Source: a virus
IMG/VR virus record: IMGVR_UViG_3300032893_002193
Location: 1-64,000 of that record
Length of the DNA stretch: 64,000 nucleotides
Reading direction: 5' to 3' (one strand)
Position numbers and translations under genes: made by a program. The notes under the pieces are model-generated. The model was not told the DNA's origin. It did no database searches and saw nothing but the letters and a program-made list of their open reading frames with translations. Below are positions 50,944 to 62,494 of the stretch, in pieces (positions within the stretch are counted from its first letter, which is position 1; each line of letters opens with the position of its first letter).

Positions 50944-50958
50944 TAATATTTTGGCATA
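50944..50958 (+). promoter_or_regulatory. Recurrent motif A (TAATATTTTGGCATA)
   Basis: Identical to 18229-18243, does not overlap a stop codon, and lies 24 nt before ATG 50968. Confidence 0.6.
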
Positions 50959-50967
50959 TTCTTAAGA

Positions 50968-51402
50968 ATGTCATTCGATCTAAAAATATCAGCCGGAGAT
51001 TTAGTTTTAAAGAATGGTCAGCTTGATGTAGTCACTGGCCAGCAAAAACTAATTCAGGATATATTAAAAATTTGTTTAACCAAGGCAGGAACGAATATCT
51101 ATCAGCCGTGGTATGGTTCATTTTTAAGCAAGTCTGTAATAGGATCTGGATTAGATGCGTCTATAATGTTTGATGTTGCAAGAAGTCAATTACAAACAGC
51201 TATTGAAAATCTTAAAAAAGTTCAAGAATTACAGTCATCTAGTGGCCAAAAAATGACTCCAGATGAACAAATATCATATATTAGTGATATATCTATTAAT
51301 AGGAACCAGATCGATCCTAGATTAATAGAGGTTTATGTAAGCGTTTTAACAAGAGCATTTACTAGAGCTAATGCCAGCTTCCAGATAAATAATCTAACAT
51401 AA
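50968..51402 (+). CDS. Baseplate wedge / sheath initiator (T4 gp25/P2 gpW-like)
   Basis: DLKI..GDL, KLIQDILK.CLT..GT...PWYGS.L and DPRLIEVYVSV motifs; precedes baseplate J. Confidence 0.85.
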   Translation: MSFDLKISAGDLVLKNGQLDVVTGQQKLIQDILKICLTKAGTNIYQPWYGSFLSKSVIGSGLDASIMFDVARSQLQTAIENLKKVQELQSSSGQKMTPDEQISYISDISINRNQIDPRLIEVYVSVLTRAFTRANASFQINNLT

Positions 51403-51416
51403 ATTAGTGGTTAAAA

Positions 51417-54400
51417 ATGGTAAAAATAAGATCCGCAAACGAGATTATACTAAATTTGTTAGATTTTTATCGAACATCTCAACCTGAAGCAAATATTAGC
51501 CCAGGAAGTGTTATTCGAGATCTTTTTATTGAGGCTCCGGCTGGACAAATATCTCTATTATATGATGAATTGTCAAAGATATCTAATCTTCAGGCGTTAA
51601 GACTGGCGGTAGGGTCTGATCTTGATAAATTAGCTCAAAATTTTGGAGTATCAAGAAAGGCCGCCGCAAAATCATCTGGTGTTGCCATATTTACATTTAG
51701 TTCAATACCGGCTACTGTCAGTCTTTCTGCCGGAGAATTGGTTTTCTCATCAAACGGATCCTCTTTCTCGATTGCAAATGGAGTTTCGGTCAATCCAAAT
51801 TATTTAAATTTATATAAATCTGTAGCCGCCAAGTATGCTAATGATTTATCATTTTTAAATATCACAGATCAGTATGCAATAGAAGTAACGGTTCAGTGCA
51901 CAACCCCCGGATCTTCTGGCAATATCGATAAATATGCAATAAATTCAACAAATATAGTTGGTGTTAGCAATGTAACAAATGTAATTCCCTTTACTGGCGG
52001 TACAGATCAAGAGGATGACGCTACCTTTAGAAATAGAGTATTAGCAATATTTAGCGGATCTAATGTCGGAACTGCGCTTGGATATAAGAACACGGCTCTT
52101 TCAGATCCAAGCGTATTAGATGCTTTGGTTATTGAGCCAGGCGACCCTCTAATGACCAGAGACGGAAGCGTCGTAACATTAAATTCAGATGGTTCTTATA
52201 CTATAGTTTCTGAAGGTCAGGGTGGCAAGGTAGATGTTATTATTTTGGGCACCAGAGAATCAGAATATATAGATACTTTTATTTACCAAGATAAAAGCAA
52301 CAATAATGATCCAACAGATACAAAAAATATATATGTATTAGGACAAATTGCGGCAGATGCTAATAAAACCGTTACAAGAAGAAGAATAGACGATATAAAC
52401 AACTCAACCTTACCAGCCCAACCAGTAGATGAGGTATTAGAAGTAACCGGTTCTTTAAGCGGATCAAATTTCGTACCTAAAACTACAGATAGTCTTGGAA
52501 GAATTTCCGGAAATTATGAATTAATTAAGGATACAGGAATTTATGCAGGAAGTCCATTTGGTTTTGATAAGTTTCATTGGGTTTCAAATAAAATATCTCT
52601 CTTTGAAGAAGACAGGGTTAAGGGAAAATTTTGTGGCCAGGATAATCTAACATTTACTGATGTTTTAGAAATACCTCAGATACAACAAAATATATCTATA
52701 ATTAACGAAAATAGCACCATATCTAACGGTGATAGATCTTATCTGCAGCTATTGCACACTCCTATTACAAATGTCACCAGAGTTTTCAATGTAAACACTG
52801 GAGAAAGATATACAATTGTTAATCAGAACCCGGATGGAAATGGGTCTGTTAATACAACCGGAAGAATTCAAATAAGCGGAAATACTCTTCCAACAAGCAG
52901 CGATGTTTTACAAGTTGATTATACATGGATATTAAACTTCGATCCATATGTTGATTACGATGGAAGATATCTTAATAATAATCCTAGATCAGTTCAGGAT
53001 AGCATAGATTGGGGTATAGCTAATACAGTTAGAAAAGAATTTATATCATTTTCTCTTGATGGTTCCGGTGCCTTTTATTCTGGGCTATCAAAACATCCGG
53101 TAAATTACATTGTTTCTGCAAATGTTTTTAGCAGAATGGATGGATATGTTTCTACCGTTTCTTCTGGAAATTTTGCAGGAAGAATGGCCATCTATTTAAA
53201 TGGAATTGCTCAGGATATTGCAAATATAGATAGCATTAGATTGCAGAATAGTAATCTTGAGGTATACAATACTGCTCAAAATGATGGAGTATTCTTTAGC
53301 CAGAGAGTGGTTCTTGGAGCAAACATAGTATACAACTATACTATCATACTTCCTAGCGATACTCCGGTAGTTCAAAATGAGCACGTAACTGTAATATACA
53401 ATGTTTATGATTCATTTAGAGTTGGCAACATAAACGGAAACTTCTCTAATAATCAAATTACTATACCGGCAGCCAATATAGTGTCGGCCGCTTCCTTAAC
53501 TTCTCCGATAGCATCAATTGTTCTTGATGTCTCATATGTTTCAAATGTACAGAATGCTCTTGTAAACAGTATAACTAACTTCCCAATAAGTAGACTTGGT
53601 AATGGTTTCATCTCTTCTTCTAATGCCGGATTTTTAAATAATTTCGTAGATAATGTTTCAAAAATCGAAAATCAGGTTGTTCAAAAAAATTCACTAAATC
53701 AATTATATATTACCTTAAGCATAAATTCAAATGATTATTATTTATCGGCAAATAATGTATTGTCCGCGATTAGGCTTGGTGATGGAAAAGAATTATGGAA
53801 CGCCGATAATCTTGGTACAGTATCTCAAGACAGCAATAGTAATTACCTGCTAATATTTAATGGATATAATTCTCCAGCTGTTGGCGACAAGGTTATGATT
53901 GTTTATTATCCATTAGATAATAATAGAAGTCAGCCATTTACTTTCTTAAATTCAACAATTAGAAGAGATATATCTACTCTTCAATTTGATTATGTTAATA
54001 GTAATTTCTATGTTCCGTTTTATACATTAACAAGTCAGGCATCAGTACAATTTCAATTAATAGACCCTACTACGGGCCTTGTTGTTTCAAGTGGTTCTGA
54101 TGGGTATATTGTTCCTTCTTTAGATTTTTCACAGGCAGTTTTTGGAAGTCTCTCGTTTAATTTTGGAAGCATCATAAATATTCCATCTTTAAAATTAAGA
54201 GTAATGAACTCATCAATAGTAAATAATAATGCAATATATGATATTGATGGATACAACTCTACAAATAATACGATTAATATTTTAAATGTATTAAGTAATT
54301 TGGATTTAAGTCAAATCAGTATTATAAGGGTTCTCGATGGAAAAGATCTGTGGAATTCGTCTTGTTCGATAGATTTTGTTAATAGAAGATTTATCATACC

Positions 54401-55517
54401 GAACGATGATGTTATGTCGGCCGGAGATGAGGTTCTTGTTGTTTACTTTGTATCAAGAAATTTAAGACAAACACCATCAAGATTAGCGATTACTACTACC
54501 GATCAAATAAATAATAGCGGCGTAATTACCGTTTACGGAGAGACAATTACGAAGGTAGCTGATGTTGTATTTACTGCAATTTATACTGGATTAAAGCAAA
54601 ATATTTCAGAGGCAATAAGAACATTTTTATCAATAAATTCAAATACATCGATACCATCTAATACTTCATTAATTAGAGTTGTTAAGCTTGAAAAAGTTAA
54701 TGCCACCACAGATAATCAGGTTATATCGGTTATAAATTCATTTGATGTGCAGGGAACGCAAATCAAAAATGGTATTTATTACTCAAATGAAATGATAGTT
54801 AATAATTCATTAGATGTTTTTGATTTGATTTTGCCGCCAACAGAAAATAATAACACTTATGTTCCACAAATAGGCGATAAATTAAGAATAACTTTTTATT
54901 ACTCTACTGTTGGAGATAATGAGGCTCTCTTCTTTACTAGAAATGGAACCCTCTATACTAATAAAATATTTGCCTTTATAGACAAGGCATATATTTCTAG
55001 CGGATTTACGGCCTCACAGTCAACTAAATTTACTATAAGTTATTTTAATCAACCCGCTAATGGATCGAGATATCAGGCTTTTTACGACTATCTGGCCCCA
55101 AAACAAAATGAAAGAATTACAATAAGATATAATTATAACAAATTAATAGGAGATACCACTTTTAATATAGAGAGTTCAAGACCTATTACGGCAGATGTTT
55201 TAGTAAAGGCCGCAACTAAGGTTTTAGTTGATATTACTATGAATATAGTGGTTAAAACCGAGTTCTCTTCATCTTCTGATGTTGTCGTTCAGGATGTAAA
55301 AGATAAGATAACCTCAGCAATCAATACAAATGTTCTTGGAGATGTATTAAACGGCTCTGATCTAATTAGTGTTGCTCAGGGAGTGAATGGCGTTGATAGA
55401 GTTAGAATAATTTATTTTAATAAGGACGGTGTTACTGGTCAGGTATTAACTATAACTGCTCAAAAAAATGAATATTTTTCCGCAAATAGTGTTATAATTA
55501 ATACTGAGAGCAGATAA
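51417..55517 (+). CDS. Baseplate J-like wedge protein (T4 gp6/P2 gpJ) with large insertions
   Basis: PGSVIRDL, GSDLDKLAQNFGVSRKAA, CTTPGSSGN, TGGTDQEDDATFRNR, GGKVDV and C-terminal VNGVDRV. Confidence 0.9.
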   Translation: MVKIRSANEIILNLLDFYRTSQPEANISPGSVIRDLFIEAPAGQISLLYDELSKISNLQALRLAVGSDLDKLAQNFGVSRKAAAKSSGVAIFTFSSIPATVSLSAGELVFSSNGSSFSIANGVSVNPNYLNLYKSVAAKYANDLSFLNITDQYAIEVTVQCTTPGSSGNIDKYAINSTNIVGVSNVTNVIPFTGGTDQEDDATFRNRVLAIFSGSNVGTALGYKNTALSDPSVLDALVIEPGDPLMTRDGSVVTLNSDGSYTIVSEGQGGKVDVIILGTRESEYIDTFIYQDKSNNNDPTDTKNIYVLGQIAADANKTVTRRRIDDINNSTLPAQPVDEVLEVTGSLSGSNFVPKTTDSLGRISGNYELIKDTGIYAGSPFGFDKFHWVSNKISLFEEDRVKGKFCGQDNLTFTDVLEIPQIQQNISIINENSTISNGDRSYLQLLHTPITNVTRVFNVNTGERYTIVNQNPDGNGSVNTTGRIQISGNTLPTSSDVLQVDYTWILNFDPYVDYDGRYLNNNPRSVQDSIDWGIANTVRKEFISFSLDGSGAFYSGLSKHPVNYIVSANVFSRMDGYVSTVSSGNFAGRMAIYLNGIAQDIANIDSIRLQNSNLEVYNTAQNDGVFFSQRVVLGANIVYNYTIILPSDTPVVQNEHVTVIYNVYDSFRVGNINGNFSNNQITIPAANIVSAASLTSPIASIVLDVSYVSNVQNALVNSITNFPISRLGNGFISSSNAGFLNNFVDNVSKIENQVVQKNSLNQLYITLSINSNDYYLSANNVLSAIRLGDGKELWNADNLGTVSQDSNSNYLLIFNGYNSPAVGDKVMIVYYPLDNNRSQPFTFLNSTIRRDISTLQFDYVNSNFYVPFYTLTSQASVQFQLIDPTTGLVVSSGSDGYIVPSLDFSQAVFGSLSFNFGSIINIPSLKLRVMNSSIVNNNAIYDIDGYNSTNNTINILNVLSNLDLSQISIIRVLDGKDLWNSSCSIDFVNRRFIIPNDDVMSAGDEVLVVYFVSRNLRQTPSRLAITTTDQINNSGVITVYGETITKVADVVFTAIYTGLKQNISEAIRTFLSINSNTSIPSNTSLIRVVKLEKVNATTDNQVISVINSFDVQGTQIKNGIYYSNEMIVNNSLDVFDLILPPTENNNTYVPQIGDKLRITFYYSTVGDNEALFFTRNGTLYTNKIFAFIDKAYISSGFTASQSTKFTISYFNQPANGSRYQAFYDYLAPKQNERITIRYNYNKLIGDTTFNIESSRPITADVLVKAATKVLVDITMNIVVKTEFSSSSDVVVQDVKDKITSAINTNVLGDVLNGSDLISVAQGVNGVDRVRIIYFNKDGVTGQVLTITAQKNEYFSANSVIINTESR

Positions 55518-58500
55518 TGTCAAACCTTAGAATAATTTCTGTAAATGTTATAGATAGTACGCATATATCCGTAAAATTTACCGCTAATCTTATACAAAAC
55601 TTATCAACACTAAATGTGTCTATAGCCTCTCAGGTTACAGGTATACCAGATTCGTCTGCTGTCGAAGTTTCTGTTTCTGGAGATACGCTAGAAATAACAT
55701 GTTTGCCGTTAACTCCGGTTACTGCATATTTTTTAACATTACAATCGACCAGCTCAAATCCATTTACCTCAATCAATGGCGACGCTATCTTACTTGAAGA
55801 TGGTGTGGCCAATCAAAAATTAATATTTGGGCCGGTAGAGGCAGAAAATGATGTAAAAACAAATTTAGTAAATTATTTAAGAGATACTATTTATAATACT
55901 GACAATGGAACAATTATATCCAGCTATCTTGATGCCGTTGCCTTATTATTCTCTAAGGCGCTATATGATATTAAGCAGGTAAAAAACGAAAATTATATTT
56001 CTACCTTAATTACCGATGAACAGAAAACAAGATCTAGCGGCCCATTTGATAGACTTAATGAAGAAGGCGCATACGAGATATTAAGAGTTAGCAAATACAA
56101 AACTGGTACGCAAAATCCATTTAGTTTTACATATTCTGATTTTCCGTCTAATCCCGTTTCTTTGCAGCAACTTGAAACAGAAGATAGTCTAACCGCAAAT
56201 TCTATAGATGGAGATTTGTTATTTAATATCAATACATTTGTTCTTAATTTATCAAGAAGATTTGTTATTAAGGTTAACTCTATAACTTTTAATTATTCTA
56301 ATGGAATGAATCCATATGTTTATAATATTTCTGAGTATGGATATCAAATACTTGATTCTACCTACGATCAAGACAATGCCTTTACATATTTATTGTTAAA
56401 CGATAATCAGATCAAATTAAATGAAAAAATTCTTCAAGATAGCAATTTCTCAACACAAAATATTTCGAGCATAATTGTTGATTATTATTATAAAGACACA
56501 GGAAGGATAGTTTCTTCAGCCTCTGTTAATGTCTACGCAATAATGCCTTCGGGTAGGGAAGTGTTGCCTGCATTAGAAAATATATTTAATCTTCAACATG
56601 CTCCGCTAACCGATTTAAATGGTAATAGCGTATCCTTAAACGGAATTTCATTTATTAATCCAAATAGCATACCGGAATTAAATTCTCCTCATCCCGCCTT
56701 TTTGTATGAGGTTCCCTTTAGATTAGATTATCTGCCATCAAGACCGGGAGAATATTCCGTTGATTATTCTACCGGTACGGTTTATGTATTTGGAGCAGAT
56801 AATACTCAAGATGGAACCGGGCCAACTCCTCCTTTAGCAGTTTATTACTATAAATATAGTTTCGTTTCAAATGTAGACTATATATATGATGAAGATCTTT
56901 GTGAGCTTGTTGCCCTACCTAATGGAAGCCTAACCGGCAATCCTGGAATAATAAATTTTACCGCAGAGCCTGGATTAGCCCTCGATATAGATTACAGGGC
57001 CAATATACATCAAGAATCGTTAAATGAAAGAATAAAAAATAATTTAACATCTCTTGGTTCTCTTCTTACATCTAATTCTCCAATAACAAATGTTTTTAGA
57101 ATATATAATGAAACATCTGGAGAAATATATACGCCGACAAGATGGAATAATAATAAAGTTTATTTTTCATATAATAAACCACCAAGATTAATTGCCGCTA
57201 CAAGAGAGCGCGCTACATTTGAGGTTGTTAGCAATGAAATATTATTTGTCAATAATACTATTTCTACATCTAATCCATCTATAAATATTTTTAAAATATT
57301 ATTAACTAACAATAATATCATATCTCAAAGCGAAGATTGTATAGGATCTTCATTAAATACAAGCGTCTCATTTTCAAATAACAGCATATTTTCTCAAGAA
57401 GTATATTATGATAATACACAATCAGAAACTGCTAACCTAACAAGACTTGGACAAGTTGGATATTATCAAATAAATTATACCAATGGAATAGTATATGTCG
57501 CAGTTCAGTCAACTCAAGGGCTAAATATTGGATCTGTCTCATATAAGAAAGATAGTATTTCTCCAAATAATCCGCATGTAACCAGCGTAGAAGATATTTA
57601 TTATCAATTTAGTTCAATATCTCAAAAAGAAAAACACTTTGATTATATTAGTTTTTCTGATGGAAGTATAATACCAAGAACATTTGATGTATCAAACGAA
57701 AGATTTTTAAATAATAATGCAGCCTACCAATATATCCTGTCCTATGGAACAGTCGGTACATTCTTAGATTCTATTTTTGTTGCTGGTGTTTCTCAAAATA
57801 TTAAATTTATAAGAGGAGTTTATGAAATTACAGATGTATTAAATAATATATCTCCAATAAACTTCTCTGCATCATCAACTTTCAATGGAACCACATTAAA
57901 TGTCAATCCATTAATTTATAACGAGTATCATACTATTCAATATGATGGTGTCCACTATTACATAACACTAAATACTCCACTTTACTTTCTATCACCAAAT
58001 ATTTCATTAAATATTAGTGTTATAAGAAGCTCGGATAGTGCGTCATTATGGAATAATTCTGGCACAATTTCTTTAGGAAATCCATTAAAATTAATTTTAC
58101 CAGGCATTAATTCCCCACATGCCGGAGATTTTGTGGATGTAACCTATACATTTACTATTAATAATTTTTCAAGCGTTATAATAGATTATAATAAAGGTGA
58201 TTATTATATTGACTATACATATCTTGCCGATGAGATATTGGTTAGTTATGAATATGGAGACAATGTTCTTGATTTTCGCCAATCACAAGCATTAGATATT
58301 GGAGATACCTACTATGTTTCTTATAGAGTTGGGGCTTTAAGAGACGCATTACTAAAAAATTTCGGAACATTAATAAATATACCATTATTAACAAATTTTT
58401 CTATTGATTTCGAAAGAGAAAGATACAGAGATGCAATTCAAGCCGCAATGCATTCTTTCGTTGATGGCCCTACCGTTTCTTCTATTAAAAATATAGTTTC

Positions 58501-61500
58501 AACAATCACTCATACTCCAACAGAAATTATAGAATCAGCCTTTAATAATTGGTCTCTTGGAAATAGTATATTGGTTCCTGAACAATTTTCTACTACCGGC
58601 TCATTTGCATTAGTTCCGGCAAAATTTGGATCTGGAGTAAAAATAGATCAACCAGATCAAACCATAAAACTTCCAGTTGCAGGAAATTTAAGAATAGAGG
58701 AAGGAACGATTGAATCGTGGGTATTTCCTGAATGGAATGGATTAGATAATTTGTCCCAACTTACCTTACAAATTAATAAAAACGGTTCTCCATTACCAGA
58801 AAATATGATTTTTCTTGGTCCCAGTGAATATCATCCAGAATACACATATAATTTCGGAACCTATTCTATTACTATTGATAAAAATAGCAATGTACAGGGT
58901 AAACCAAATAAAAATAAAAATGGTGTATTTATTTATTATGATAAGGACCAGAGCGGACTATTTTCTCGTTGGTATTTAGAGGTTATTGATGGCTATGATG
59001 ATGGATATTCGTTAAAAAACTACAATATATCTATTAAAACAAACGGTAATTTCTACGATTCAAAGTTTTTATATACATTTAAGCCAGCAACAGGATCAAT
59101 ATTTACCGGAACCAATTCTCTTACCTATAACATTACAAATGATGCTAATGTTGGTCAAGGAATAACTTTTATAGCCGATAATAGACATTATTTGTTTGAT
59201 TATGGAGAGGCGGCAGATAAAAACAGAATATCTATTTATAAAGATGAGAGCGGGTATTTAAATTTCAAAGTTTATGATAAAAACTCAAACTCATCCTCTA
59301 TATCGGCCGATGTTTCTTCATGGGTTTCAGGAAATCCTCACTATATCTCTGCTTCATGGAAAATTAACAATAGCACCAACAGAGATGAGCTGCATTTGTT
59401 TATTGATGGTTTAGAAGTTCCGAATATTATTAGATATGGAAATACTGTATATCCGTATCTGCATGAAAAATTTAGGACGGTCAATCCAGAAGAAATTGTG
59501 GGTGTAATCGGATCTAATATAGTTGCCTCTAATGATCTTGTTGTAATTGCAGGATCTAATGTAGTATCATCATCATTAAATTTTTCGGCATACGGTATTG
59601 TGAACGGAAACACCATTTACATTGAAGAGTCTGGGTTTAGTCCATCTGGATATACAATAACAAATGTTAATGGAAATAATTTAACACTGTCTACAACGAT
59701 GCCGTCCTCAGCAACTGGCGCATCCTTCTCTGTGAATAAGACAACCTTTAATGTTAGCACAGAAGTAAGTATTTATGATAATATAGCCATATCATTACTT
59801 CATTCTGCCCTCACATCTAATGACATGCAGACATTTGCTGGTTCCTATACAGTAAATACTACTACTACAAATTTTACCACTCATAATATTCTTCCCGGTT
59901 ATTATTTGAGAATTATCGGAGGTTCATTTACCTCTGTTTATACTATTTTAAGTGTTTCATCAAATATGTTGGTGTTAAATAACCCTATGCCAACTACAGC
60001 ATCTAATTTAACATTTTTTGTCTACTCAAATCAGGATCAAGAAATACCCGGACAGCGCGCTCTTTATCCAGCATATACAATAAATTCAGTTAATAATATT
60101 TCTATTAGAGATAAGGCTCTTGCTAACGATATTGTTTTAATAAAAACTCTTGGTATCAATCATAGAAGAACAAGACAGCGATATTATTTATGGGGCAATT
60201 CATCTAATATTATAAAAACACAATTGCCACCACCATCATCATTAAGTCAAGTAAATATATATAAGGTTTTATTAACAAAGACCGCGATAGGTCCGTTAAA
60301 TTCAACATTAATGGCCGGAATTTTTCAATCCAACAATATATCTACCGATCAAACAACCAATAATATTAGCGGAAGAAGTCTCTCTGTATCTATTAATGGA
60401 ACTAATATAGATTTTTCTTATCCTGTAGCAGTTTCTATTAATGGAACAATCGTTAACCAAATTACCGGAGCGCAGTCTACCGGAACAGAAACATTGTCAT
60501 TTACTGGTGTCGGAAGTCTTGGAACACTAAATACCACCAATATGTTTGCATCTGTTAACTACATTCAGGTAAATTGCAAACCAATTAATTCAACACAAAA
60601 TTGTCTTTATGTTGAAGTTAAAGAAAGATACTCCTTAACCCAATTAGAAAATAACGCAGGCTATGTATCTAATATTGGTCCAATCGTTTATCCGTTAATT
60701 AGATTTAGTTATCAGGTATCATATGGAAATACATTAGATGGATATGGTAATGGATTTACCGTTCACGATGCTAATAATTTATTCTCTAACACATTAATTG
60801 GAAATTACTTACATATTATGAGTCCGCCACAGGTTGCTGGATATTATAATATTTCCGGAGTCTCTTCTGATTTCAAGACTTTAACTCTAACACAATTATC
60901 AGGATCGCATAGTTTACCGCTACCGTCCTTCTCTAATGGAACATATGAGGTATTAAATATCTCTACTTCTAATAGCGGTTTACAAAATGGTTTCTTCACA
61001 TTTGAAAGCAATCAATATGCCGGGATACCATATTTATTAACTCAAGGGGCATATGATTTTGATTATTACACCTACTTATCTATACCGTTTGAAATAAATA
61101 GTCCTTATTTTTATATTGGATCTAATCTCTTTGGAAATAACCAATTTGATGGGGTCATAGATGAATTTAAAATAACAGATTCTATGCTCACAGATACAAG
61201 AACGGGAGAAATAGTTAGCTCTTCTCAAGAAACAATTACTAAAAACTATAATTCATTAAAGCCACTAAATATAAGTAAAAATACTTTGGTTATGGCCAGA
61301 TTTGATGTATATCCATTTGTTAATGATGCAGATTTCTACATAACATCTAATACCAATTACATTCAATCTGGATATAGCGTTAATAGTAATTTTAATAAAA
61401 GCATATCCATTAAAAATAATTTCATTAGAGTGGAAAATGATGGAATTTTAAATACAAAAACAGAAGGAACTATAGAGTTTTGGATCAATCCCATCTATGA

Positions 61501-62458
61501 TACTTTTAATGACCCGAATTATAGGTTTTATTTTGATGCTACTTCAATAGTTAGTGAGAATATTGTAAGCACTAATAATGTTACCGCCGTTGTTTCTGGA
61601 AAAATTGGTAAGGTAGTTAGTGTTAAGATGCAATTTGGAGACAGCTCTATTGATTATTTTGTCGGTGGAACAGTAGATAGTGATGGACAAACAATAAGGT
61701 TAAATAGAGATCTTCCTGCACAAAATACTCCGGTTATAGTTCAATATATACCATCTGGAACAAATGGAAATAGAATATCTATCTATAAAGATCCCTATGG
61801 TTATGTTAATTTTACTATAAACGCAGATAGTATAGAATATCAGGTTAGAGCCCCAATTTTCTGGAGTGGCGGTAGCTGGCATAGAATAAAGGCCAGCTAT
61901 AAGATGAATAAGGGAGTTGGAAGTGATGAATTGCGCCTATTCGTTGACGGCTACGAAAGAGGAAATATATTGTGGGGTAACGGATTAATATTTGGTCAGG
62001 GTCTAGTTTTCGGATCTTCCTATGTAGGATCTAATCAGGTTAATGCTAATCTGAAATTTGCCGATACTATTAATGAGTTTTATATAGGCTCTGATTTCAC
62101 TGGCAATAACTGCGCATATTCCTTATTTGATAATTTGAGAATTAGCAATATATCAAGGTCTATATATAAGCCTTTCGGTGAGTCTATAGATCCTAATTAC
62201 AGCTCTAATTTAAATATTGTTTTGCCGGTTACCCAAGATCTATACACTACACTTTTGCTTGATTTTGAAACCGCCATACAGAAAAATACTGATTTTTCGG
62301 TTATTAGAAACGGTCAGGTCGGCCTGTTTGATTTCCAGGTTAATGTTTATGACTCTTTTGACCTAATAGGATCTAATCAAGCACTAAAAAATGTTCTAGA
62401 AACACTGGTTAATAGTCTTAAGCCAGCTAACTCTCGCGTTTTCTTTGTATATAAATGA
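55517..62458 (+). CDS. Giant baseplate wedge protein (gp7/gpI-like) with two LamG/concanavalin-like domains
   Basis: NFGTLINIP...ERYRDAIQA...GPTVSSIKNIV and terminal LKPANSR are gpI-like elements. Duplicated EGTIE.W / RISIYKD / DEL.LF.DG / FYIGS motifs mark the LamG domains. Confidence 0.75.
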   Translation: MSNLRIISVNVIDSTHISVKFTANLIQNLSTLNVSIASQVTGIPDSSAVEVSVSGDTLEITCLPLTPVTAYFLTLQSTSSNPFTSINGDAILLEDGVANQKLIFGPVEAENDVKTNLVNYLRDTIYNTDNGTIISSYLDAVALLFSKALYDIKQVKNENYISTLITDEQKTRSSGPFDRLNEEGAYEILRVSKYKTGTQNPFSFTYSDFPSNPVSLQQLETEDSLTANSIDGDLLFNINTFVLNLSRRFVIKVNSITFNYSNGMNPYVYNISEYGYQILDSTYDQDNAFTYLLLNDNQIKLNEKILQDSNFSTQNISSIIVDYYYKDTGRIVSSASVNVYAIMPSGREVLPALENIFNLQHAPLTDLNGNSVSLNGISFINPNSIPELNSPHPAFLYEVPFRLDYLPSRPGEYSVDYSTGTVYVFGADNTQDGTGPTPPLAVYYYKYSFVSNVDYIYDEDLCELVALPNGSLTGNPGIINFTAEPGLALDIDYRANIHQESLNERIKNNLTSLGSLLTSNSPITNVFRIYNETSGEIYTPTRWNNNKVYFSYNKPPRLIAATRERATFEVVSNEILFVNNTISTSNPSINIFKILLTNNNIISQSEDCIGSSLNTSVSFSNNSIFSQEVYYDNTQSETANLTRLGQVGYYQINYTNGIVYVAVQSTQGLNIGSVSYKKDSISPNNPHVTSVEDIYYQFSSISQKEKHFDYISFSDGSIIPRTFDVSNERFLNNNAAYQYILSYGTVGTFLDSIFVAGVSQNIKFIRGVYEITDVLNNISPINFSASSTFNGTTLNVNPLIYNEYHTIQYDGVHYYITLNTPLYFLSPNISLNISVIRSSDSASLWNNSGTISLGNPLKLILPGINSPHAGDFVDVTYTFTINNFSSVIIDYNKGDYYIDYTYLADEILVSYEYGDNVLDFRQSQALDIGDTYYVSYRVGALRDALLKNFGTLINIPLLTNFSIDFERERYRDAIQAAMHSFVDGPTVSSIKNIVSTITHTPTEIIESAFNNWSLGNSILVPEQFSTTGSFALVPAKFGSGVKIDQPDQTIKLPVAGNLRIEEGTIESWVFPEWNGLDNLSQLTLQINKNGSPLPENMIFLGPSEYHPEYTYNFGTYSITIDKNSNVQGKPNKNKNGVFIYYDKDQSGLFSRWYLEVIDGYDDGYSLKNYNISIKTNGNFYDSKFLYTFKPATGSIFTGTNSLTYNITNDANVGQGITFIADNRHYLFDYGEAADKNRISIYKDESGYLNFKVYDKNSNSSSISADVSSWVSGNPHYISASWKINNSTNRDELHLFIDGLEVPNIIRYGNTVYPYLHEKFRTVNPEEIVGVIGSNIVASNDLVVIAGSNVVSSSLNFSAYGIVNGNTIYIEESGFSPSGYTITNVNGNNLTLSTTMPSSATGASFSVNKTTFNVSTEVSIYDNIAISLLHSALTSNDMQTFAGSYTVNTTTTNFTTHNILPGYYLRIIGGSFTSVYTILSVSSNMLVLNNPMPTTASNLTFFVYSNQDQEIPGQRALYPAYTINSVNNISIRDKALANDIVLIKTLGINHRRTRQRYYLWGNSSNIIKTQLPPPSSLSQVNIYKVLLTKTAIGPLNSTLMAGIFQSNNISTDQTTNNISGRSLSVSINGTNIDFSYPVAVSINGTIVNQITGAQSTGTETLSFTGVGSLGTLNTTNMFASVNYIQVNCKPINSTQNCLYVEVKERYSLTQLENNAGYVSNIGPIVYPLIRFSYQVSYGNTLDGYGNGFTVHDANNLFSNTLIGNYLHIMSPPQVAGYYNISGVSSDFKTLTLTQLSGSHSLPLPSFSNGTYEVLNISTSNSGLQNGFFTFESNQYAGIPYLLTQGAYDFDYYTYLSIPFEINSPYFYIGSNLFGNNQFDGVIDEFKITDSMLTDTRTGEIVSSSQETITKNYNSLKPLNISKNTLVMARFDVYPFVNDADFYITSNTNYIQSGYSVNSNFNKSISIKNNFIRVENDGILNTKTEGTIEFWINPIYDTFNDPNYRFYFDATSIVSENIVSTNNVTAVVSGKIGKVVSVKMQFGDSSIDYFVGGTVDSDGQTIRLNRDLPAQNTPVIVQYIPSGTNGNRISIYKDPYGYVNFTINADSIEYQVRAPIFWSGGSWHRIKASYKMNKGVGSDELRLFVDGYERGNILWGNGLIFGQGLVFGSSYVGSNQVNANLKFADTINEFYIGSDFTGNNCAYSLFDNLRISNISRSIYKPFGESIDPNYSSNLNIVLPVTQDLYTTLLLDFETAIQKNTDFSVIRNGQVGLFDFQVNVYDSFDLIGSNQALKNVLETLVNSLKPANSRVFFVYK

Positions 62459-62468
62459 TCTCATTTTT

Positions 62469-62480
62469 TTGATATATATA
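62469..62480 (+). promoter_or_regulatory. Recurrent intergenic motif B (TTGATATATATA)
   Basis: Lies 26 nt before ATG 62495 and is followed by an AAGG RBS. Confidence 0.5.
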
Positions 62481-62494
62481 ATAAGAAGGTATAA

